Origin: Candidatus Methylomirabilota bacterium
Lineage (GTDB): Bacteria > Methylomirabilota > Methylomirabilia > Methylomirabilales > 2-02-FULL-66-22
Length of the DNA stretch: 55,345 nt
Assembly: GCA_016180655.1 (NCBI GenBank)
Contig: JACPAT010000030.1
Coordinates: 1-55,345, forward strand
Direction of reading: 5' to 3'
Shown here: positions 50,166 through 55,345 of the stretch, piece after piece
Numbering within the stretch: the stretch's first letter is position 1
How the letters are laid out: each line of letters begins with the position of its first letter
Notes under the pieces: generated by a model
The model's input: the letters and a program-made list of their open reading frames with translations, nothing else
The model's database searches: none
What the model was told of the DNA's origin: nothing
Program-made: the position numbers and the translations under genes

Positions 50166-50322
50166 TTCGTGTCGCGTTGGCCGCGACCAACCCGACACGA
50201 ATCGCCCTTGAGAACGGTTGTACCCGTCGCACAACCAGTGATGGCTTGGTTGAGTCGTTTCCCAAGACAACATTGAACGCATTCATCAAGGGCGATCCGT
50301 ATCGGGTAAGACCCGATGCGGA
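50166..50322 (+). other. Multi-helix structured spacer between the binding-protein and permease genes
   Basis: Hairpin 50166-50201 is TTCGTGTCG..GTTGG-ccgcga-CCAAC..CGACACGAA. A 10-bp closing stem pairs TCGCCCTTGA (50202-50211) with TCAAGGGCGA (50286-50295) and encloses two inner hairpins (GGTTGT/ACAACC and CTTGG/CCAAG). A further hairpin lies at 50296-50322 (TCCG.ATCGGG-taaga-CCCGAT.CGGA). Confidence 0.6.
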
Positions 50323-50351
50323 CTTCTGAAATCAAGCACTGAGGACGGCCC

Positions 50352-51341
50352 ATGCTGACCTACCTGATCCGGCGCCTGCTCATCTCCATCCCGCTCCTCC
50401 TGGGGATCCTGTGCCTGTCCTTCCTCATGCTGAAGCTGGCGCCGGGCGAACCGGGCGTCATCCAGCAGGACCTTCAGGCGCGGGCCACGGGCGCCCAGCG
50501 AGAGACCCTGCGCCAACTGTACGGCCTGGACAAACCGATCTACGTGCAGTTCGGGCGCTGGCTGTGGCGGGTCATCCGCCTGGACTTCGGACGGTCCTAC
50601 AGCCCTGACGGGCGCGCGGCGCTGGACAAGATCGCCGAGCGGATCCCCATCACGTTGGGGCTGAACGTCCTGGAACTGCTCATCATCTTCTCCGTCGCCG
50701 TGCCACTGGGCATTCTCTCCGCGACCCGCCAGTACTCCGCCTTCGACAAGTCCATGACGCTGTTCGTGTTCGTCGGGTTCGCCACGCCGGACTTCTGGCT
50801 CGCGCTGCTCATGATGATCCTGTTCGGCGTGCAACTGGGCTGGCTGCCCATGTCGGGCCTCCGGTCCCTGAACTTCGAGTACCTGGATTTCTGGGCGCAG
50901 GTCTGGGACATCCTCTCGCATCTCCTCTTGCCCGTTCTGGTGGCCTCCTTCGGGGGCCTGGCGTACCTGTCGCGCCTGATGCGGGGAAGCCTCCTGGAGG
51001 TCGTCCGCCAGGACTACATCCGCACGGCGCGGGCCAAGGGCCTGCCCGAGGGGGACGTGATCTACAAGCATGCGGTGCGCAACGCGGTCATCCCCGTGGT
51101 CACGCTCTTGGGGATGATGCTCCCGGGCCTCCTCGGCGGCAGCGTGTTCATCGAGACGGTGTTCGCCATCCCCGGCATGGGGCAGCTTTTCGTCCAGAGC
51201 GCCTTCTCCCGGGACGAGCCGGTGCTCATGGCCCTGATCGTCATCGGGGCCAGCCTGTCGCTCCTGGGCAACATCCTGGCCGACGTCTCCTATGGCCTGG
51301 TGGACCCGCGGATCCGGGTTTCCGGACGGGAGGCGCGCTAG
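50352..51341 (+). CDS. ABC transporter permease (DppB/OppB-like)
   Basis: The N-terminus is MLTYLIRRLLISIPLLLGI. The EAA region is DYIRTARAKGLPEGDVIYKHAVRNA. Confidence 0.93.
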   Translation: MLTYLIRRLLISIPLLLGILCLSFLMLKLAPGEPGVIQQDLQARATGAQRETLRQLYGLDKPIYVQFGRWLWRVIRLDFGRSYSPDGRAALDKIAERIPITLGLNVLELLIIFSVAVPLGILSATRQYSAFDKSMTLFVFVGFATPDFWLALLMMILFGVQLGWLPMSGLRSLNFEYLDFWAQVWDILSHLLLPVLVASFGGLAYLSRLMRGSLLEVVRQDYIRTARAKGLPEGDVIYKHAVRNAVIPVVTLLGMMLPGLLGGSVFIETVFAIPGMGQLFVQSAFSRDEPVLMALIVIGASLSLLGNILADVSYGLVDPRIRVSGREAR

Positions 51342-51342
51342 C

Positions 51343-52254
51343 GTGTCGGGATTCAGGAGAGTCAAGGGGACCGGGCAGATCCTGGAGGAGGGGATCCCGT
51401 CCACGGGACGCCCGGCGCTCCGGCGAGGCTTCTTCTGGCGGCAATTCCGCAGGAACCAACTGGCGGTCTGCGGCGGGGCCGTGGTTCTGGTCATGACGGT
51501 CGCCGCCCTGCTCGCCTCGGTGCTGGCCCCCTACGATCCCGGCGCCTACGACGTGACGCAGATCCTGATGCCGCCCGGCCCGGCCCACTGGCTGGGGACC
51601 GACCAGATCGGCCGCGACGTCCTGAGCCGGATGCTGTTCGGGGCGCGCATCTCCATGGCGGTGGGGTTCGTCTCCGTCGGGATCGCCGTGGTGGTGGGGA
51701 CGCTCTTCGGCACGGTGGCGGCCTATTACGGGGGCCGGGTGGACGAGGTGCTCATGCGATTTGTGGACCTCATGCTCAACTTCCCGCGCCTGTTCCTCCT
51801 GCTCACCCTGATCGCCTTGTTGCGCCCCAGCATCTGGGTCATCATGGCCGTCATCGGACTCACCGGGTGGATGGGCCTCGCCCGGCTGGTCCGGGGCGAG
51901 ATCCTGAGCCTGAAGGAGCGGGAGTTCGTCCTGAGCGCCCGCGCCCTGGGTGCGCGCGATCCCCGGATCATGTTCCGCCACATCCTCCCCAATGCCCTGG
52001 TCCCCGTCCTGGTCTCCGCCACGCTGGGGGTGGCCGGCGCCATCCTGGCCGAGTCGGGCCTCTCCTTCCTTGGCCTGGGGGTGCAGCCGCCGACGCCGAG
52101 CTGGGGGAACATCCTCATCGAGGGGAAGGCCAACATCGAGATCGCCTGGTGGCTCTCGGTCTTCCCCGGTCTGGCCATCCTGCTGACGGTCCTGGCCTAC
52201 AACCTCCTGGGCGAAGGACTGCGGGACGCGCTGGATCCCCGCCTGCGACAATAA
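51343..52254 (+). CDS. ABC transporter permease (DppC/OppC-like)
   Basis: The GTG start at 51343 lies 1 nt after the upstream TAG, with GGGAGG upstream. It contains HWLGTDQIGRDVLSRMLFGAR and the EAA region EFVLSARALGARDPRIMFRHILPNA. Confidence 0.92.
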   Translation: MSGFRRVKGTGQILEEGIPSTGRPALRRGFFWRQFRRNQLAVCGGAVVLVMTVAALLASVLAPYDPGAYDVTQILMPPGPAHWLGTDQIGRDVLSRMLFGARISMAVGFVSVGIAVVVGTLFGTVAAYYGGRVDEVLMRFVDLMLNFPRLFLLLTLIALLRPSIWVIMAVIGLTGWMGLARLVRGEILSLKEREFVLSARALGARDPRIMFRHILPNALVPVLVSATLGVAGAILAESGLSFLGLGVQPPTPSWGNILIEGKANIEIAWWLSVFPGLAILLTVLAYNLLGEGLRDALDPRLRQ

Positions 52255-52361
52255 TTGTCCGATTTGCGATTTGGGATTGTGGATTTTCGATTTCCGGACG
52301 GGACCCCGCGGTTTCCACGGGCAGTCGGCAATCGGCGATCGTCAATCGAAAATCGACAATC
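52255..52361. repeat. Periodic-arm palindrome, CGATTnn / nnAATCG family, between convergent genes
   Basis: The left arm is ttgtccgatttgcgatttgggattgtggattttcgatttccgg and a GC-rich centre follows. The right arm is agtcggcaatcggcgatcgtcaatcgaaaatcgacaatc. Confidence 0.9.
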
Positions 52362-53339
52362 TCATGCGCGTCGATTGACCACGGCGATGCCGGCGGCCAC
52401 CAGGACGAGTCCGGCCACCAGCCCGGGCGTGATCGGATCACCCAGGAGGATTCGGCTCAGCAGGACCCCGGAAATCGGCGTGAGGAAGATGAAGGCGGAG
52501 AGCTGGCCGACCTGGAGCCGCCGCAGGAGCGTGGTCCAGGCCACGAAGGTGAGCCCGGCGATCAGGGACCCGTGATAGAGAAAGGCCAGGGCGATCCGGA
52601 CATCCACGTAGAAGACCAGCCGGGGCTCGAAGAGCCAGTTGGCCAGGAAGAACCAGGGCAGGGCGATGAGCATCTGGTACAGCGTCAGGACGAAGGGCTC
52701 CGTCCGGGAGACCAGGTGCTTCATGTAGATGCTCTGGAGGGCCCACCCGACCGCTGCCACCGAGACCAGGCCGTCTCCCAGGAGCGTCCCCCAGTTTCCC
52801 CCGCCCAGGCGCTCGCCGAAGACCACCAGCAGCCCCATGAACGAGAGCAGGATCCCGCCGGCGCGGGTGGGCGTCAGGCGCTCCCCGGGCACCAGGAAGT
52901 GGGCCAGGAGGACGGTATATACCGGCTGGGTGAACATGAAGACGGCGGACCGGCTGGCGGAGGTGAGATTCAGCCCGAGGAAAAAGACACCATGCTGCAC
53001 GACGAACAGCGCACCCAGGGCCAGGAGGTGCGGCCACAGGCCCGGTTCCACGGTGAGGGACACCCGGCGAACCCGCGCGAAGAGGACGATGGAGAGGCTG
53101 GCCAGCAGGAACCGAAACCCGCCGGTCGCCAGGGGCGGCACGCCCTGGAGTCCAACCTTCATGGCCACCATGTTCCCGCCCCAGAGAGTGCACAGGAACA
53201 GGATGAACGCGACGGTTCTCCAGGAGGGAGGCGCCCCCCCGAGATCCCTCGGGGTGCCCGGTCCGGCGGATCGTCTGCCGCCCCCTGCTCCCTGTGGATC
53301 CCATCTGCCTCCCTCGTCGCCCGCGGTGGCAAGGCCCAT
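52362..53339 (-). CDS. EamA/DMT-family transporter
   Basis: It has ten hydrophobic helices in two EamA repeats (FILFLCTLWGGNMVAMK.., ..FIFLTPISGVLLSRILLGD). The only in-frame start is ATG 53339, which gives a Gly/Arg-rich 40-aa N-terminus. Confidence 0.85.
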   Translation of the reverse strand: MGLATAGDEGGRWDPQGAGGGRRSAGPGTPRDLGGAPPSWRTVAFILFLCTLWGGNMVAMKVGLQGVPPLATGGFRFLLASLSIVLFARVRRVSLTVEPGLWPHLLALGALFVVQHGVFFLGLNLTSASRSAVFMFTQPVYTVLLAHFLVPGERLTPTRAGGILLSFMGLLVVFGERLGGGNWGTLLGDGLVSVAAVGWALQSIYMKHLVSRTEPFVLTLYQMLIALPWFFLANWLFEPRLVFYVDVRIALAFLYHGSLIAGLTFVAWTTLLRRLQVGQLSAFIFLTPISGVLLSRILLGDPITPGLVAGLVLVAAGIAVVNRRA

Positions 53340-53341
53340 GA

Positions 53342-53530
53342 CTAGAAGCCGCTCTTCGGTTCATACCACATGGCGACCAGCACACTCTCTTCGCGCGTCG
53401 TCTGGTTGGGGTAGACGTGAACGTCCCGCTGGATGGTCACCAGCTTCGGGTTGGCCCTCAGCCACTGATTGATCTCCCCCTCCAGGTGGGCGAGATCCAC
53501 CAGCTTCTCGTCGAACAGCTTGATCTGCAC
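53342..53530 (-). CDS. Small conserved-looking hypothetical protein (62 aa), translationally coupled to the EamA gene
   Basis: It has a GTG start with GGAAGGAGG 6 nt upstream. Its stop lies 2 nt before the EamA ATG. The sequence MQIKLFDEKLVDLAHLEGEINQWL... is loosely reminiscent of Cse60/YteV-type small proteins, from memory only. Confidence 0.6.
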   Translation of the reverse strand: MQIKLFDEKLVDLAHLEGEINQWLRANPKLVTIQRDVHVYPNQTTREESVLVAMWYEPKSGF

Positions 53531-53755
53531 GTGAGACCTCCTTCCCGGTTGTCCCGTCAGGTCCAGGGCCAGGCCACGCGGCGTGGAAGCCTAGGGGGAT
53601 CGCCAACGGCGCGTCAAGGGGTTTTTCCGGGGGCTTCGGAATGGTCGAAAGGCGGGGCGTGGGGGCTTTCCCCGGCCGCGATGCCTGAGGGCAGGAGGTT
53701 CATCCATGTGCTTTCGTGTTGACTTCTGTTTGAATCTGTGAGCGAATGGCACCGC

Positions 53756-53783
53756 GCACATCGCCCCGGCCGGGGCGATGTGC
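53756..53783. other. Perfect 28-nt palindrome in the leader of the mutarotase-like gene
   Basis: gcacatcgccccgg|ccggggcgatgtgc is a 14+14 perfect inverted repeat. It lies between a TTGACT box (53719-53724) and the RBS at 53803. Confidence 0.7.
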
Positions 53784-53811
53784 AGGGGGACGCGGATGCC
53801 TGGAGGAGCGG

Positions 53812-54855
53812 ATGGCGGCCGCCCGGATTGACCCACACTGGCGCTACCACGACCTGCGGGCCATCCTGCTGGAGAATGCCCGCCTGCGCCTCACCATCCT
53901 GCCCGAGGTCGGGGCGAAGATCTCCGATTTCATCTGCAAGCGCTCCGACCGGAACCTGCTGTGGCAGAACCCCCGGCTGGCGCCTCGCCTGCCCGCCTTC
54001 GGCGGCAATTTCGACGACTGGTGGAGCGGGGGCTGGGACGAGGTCTTCCCCACCTGCGACATCAGCACCTACCAGGGTGAAACCTACCCCTACCTGGGGG
54101 AACTCTGGTCGCTTCCCTGGGCCTGGGAGGTCGAGGAGGCCGGCCCGTCCGCCGTCAGGCTGTATCTCACGCGGACGACGATTATCGCAACGGCACGGAT
54201 GGAGAAGTGGATTCGCCTGGAAGCGGACGAACCGGTCGTCCGCTTCCGGCACCGGCTGACCAACCTCGGGACCCGGCCCATGGATTTCGTGTGGGGGATC
54301 CACCCCTGCTTTCGCATCGAGGCGGGCTACCGGATTGACGCTCCGGCCCGGGTCGGGGTCATCGGCCACACGGCGACAGCCCCCTTCGGACCGGTGGGGA
54401 CGACGTACCCGTGGCCGAACCCCGACATCTGCACCGTTCCGCGGACGACCCAGGGCTGGTGCGAGGGGCACTACGCGACCGAAATGACCGACGGGTGGGT
54501 CGCCCTGACGGACCCGAAGGCCGAGGTGGGGATCGGCCTCGTCTTTCCGCGTGACGTGTTCCCGGTCCTGTGGTGCTGGATGGTCTATGGCGGGTGGCGC
54601 GGCCACTACCATGCGGCGCTGGAGCCCTGGACGGGCTGGCCGCACCAACTGGACAAGGCGGTAGCGGCGGGACGACACCGGACCCTGGCGCCGGGTGAAT
54701 CGCTCGAGTGCGAGACCATGGCGGTTGTTTATAGCGGGGTGCATGCGAGACCATGGCGGTTGTTTATAGCGGGGTGCAATCTGTCACCTCGATCGGGTGG
54801 GACGGCCATGTTCGTGGGTGACGGTGAAACCGCAAATGCACGCAATGTACCTTGA
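53812..54855 (+). CDS. Aldose-1-epimerase (galactose mutarotase)-like fold protein, with the 3' end frameshifted by a 35-bp tandem duplication
   Basis: The start is ATG 53812 (GGAGGAG upstream). The function is a low-confidence guess from overall beta-rich sequence character and the adjacent sugar-type ABC ATPase. Without the duplicated copy the frame ends ..MAVVYSGVQSVTSIGWDGHVRG* at 54819-54821. Confidence 0.6.
   Translation: MAAARIDPHWRYHDLRAILLENARLRLTILPEVGAKISDFICKRSDRNLLWQNPRLAPRLPAFGGNFDDWWSGGWDEVFPTCDISTYQGETYPYLGELWSLPWAWEVEEAGPSAVRLYLTRTTIIATARMEKWIRLEADEPVVRFRHRLTNLGTRPMDFVWGIHPCFRIEAGYRIDAPARVGVIGHTATAPFGPVGTTYPWPNPDICTVPRTTQGWCEGHYATEMTDGWVALTDPKAEVGIGLVFPRDVFPVLWCWMVYGGWRGHYHAALEPWTGWPHQLDKAVAAGRHRTLAPGESLECETMAVVYSGVHARPWRLFIAGCNLSPRSGGTAMFVGDGETANARNVP
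54709..54778 (+). repeat. Perfect 35-bp direct tandem duplication
   Basis: tgcgagaccatggcggttgtttatagcggggtgca occurs at 54709-54743 and again at 54744-54778. The two copies are identical. Confidence 0.97.
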
Positions 54856-55113
54856 CACCGAAGAAACGGCCGGGTCCCGCATTATTCTGACTCCATCGCC
54901 GTATGGCCACCCCGCGCAGCCGCACCGAGCGGCGTCATGTGTCCGGGGCCGCCCGTGTGATCCCGCGCCAGTCCCGTGGCTCATCTGTTCCTCCGCCACG
55001 GGTCCTTGGAGCGGTTTCGTCTAGATACCATTCCATCGGCTGCGGCATGCTCCTGCCGCTGTCGGCGATCCCCTGCGCCCTCTCGTGAGAGCGCCGAACG
55101 ACGGGGGAGGACG

Positions 55114-55345
55114 GGTGGGCTACGTCGAGCTGAAGGGCCTGAACAAGAGCTTCGCTGGCAAGCCCGCGGTGCGGGATTTTGGGCTGAGCATGGAGAAGGG
55201 TGAGTTCGTTTCGCTCCTGGGCCCCTCCGGCTGCGGCAAGAGCACGACCCTGCGGATGATCGCCGGGTTCGAGGATCCCGACTCGGGCGAGGTCTGGCTC
55301 GGCGAGCAGAACGTGCTGGATCTGCCGCCGAACCGGCGCGGGATG
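55114..55345 (+). CDS. ABC transporter ATP-binding protein (MalK/UgpC/PotA-type), 5' part; runs off the right edge
   Basis: It has a GTG start with GGGGGAGGA upstream. My own translation reads [67 protein letters not shown].., with Walker [10 protein letters not shown]. Confidence 0.85.

Noticed and set aside
50166-50322. The structured spacer might be a tRNA, tmRNA or known riboswitch.
   Set aside because: It has no cloverleaf, no GTTCRANYC T-loop and no motif I can match to a riboswitch class by eye. It is kept as an unclassified structured element.

Overview
This is a 55.3-kb, visibly GC-rich (GC3-dominated) bacterial chromosomal window. It is almost entirely coding and mostly housekeeping. 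I found no rRNA, tRNA, CRISPR, transposase, integrase or recognisable defence genes. Positions 1-25379 form one long minus-strand array. It holds the type IV pilus block pilB-pilT-pilC-pilS-pilR-(Wzy_C/TPR membrane protein)-pilA, with pilA cut by the window edge and preceded by a sigma-54 promoter. It continues with a small hypothetical, glnD, a large GT-C-like membrane protein, a NUDIX hydrolase and amtB. It ends with an aspartate-racemase plus polar-amino-acid ABC operon that has one ATPase, two binding proteins and four permeases. Positions 25590-55345 are mostly plus strand. They hold tusA / DsrE-family protein / beta-propeller lipoprotein / TauE exporter / Rrf2 regulator, then radical-SAM fusion-rng-rplU-rpmA-obg-proB-proA-nadD-rsfS. 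After that come a dksA-like gene, a TPR Ser/Thr kinase, comF, gap-pgk-tpiA-secG and a peptide-type ABC binding protein with two permeases. The right end holds a convergent EamA transporter with a small coupled protein, a mutarotase-like protein and the start of a sugar-type ABC ATPase. Four things stand out. (1) A dense population of AT-richer intercistronic elements has two inverted arms, each arm a degenerate 7-, 8- or ~10-nt tandem array. At least 15 loci carry them, and copies are inserted in frame inside pilS and the radical-SAM fusion. I do not recognise this as a named repeat family. (2) The DsrE-family gene has an in-frame TGA at the conserved Cys position followed by a SECIS-like hairpin, so it is probably a selenoprotein that the ORF track splits. 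(3) Three small structural lesions are present: tpiA has lost about 17 codons with a frameshift, a perfect 35-bp tandem duplication frameshifts the mutarotase-like gene, and the comF 3' end is duplicated in degenerate form. (4) Several regulatory candidates were found, including sigma-54 and sigma-70 promoters, an rplU leader terminator and a multi-helix structured spacer in the peptide ABC operon. All calls come from reading the sequence and translations by eye. No searches were run.
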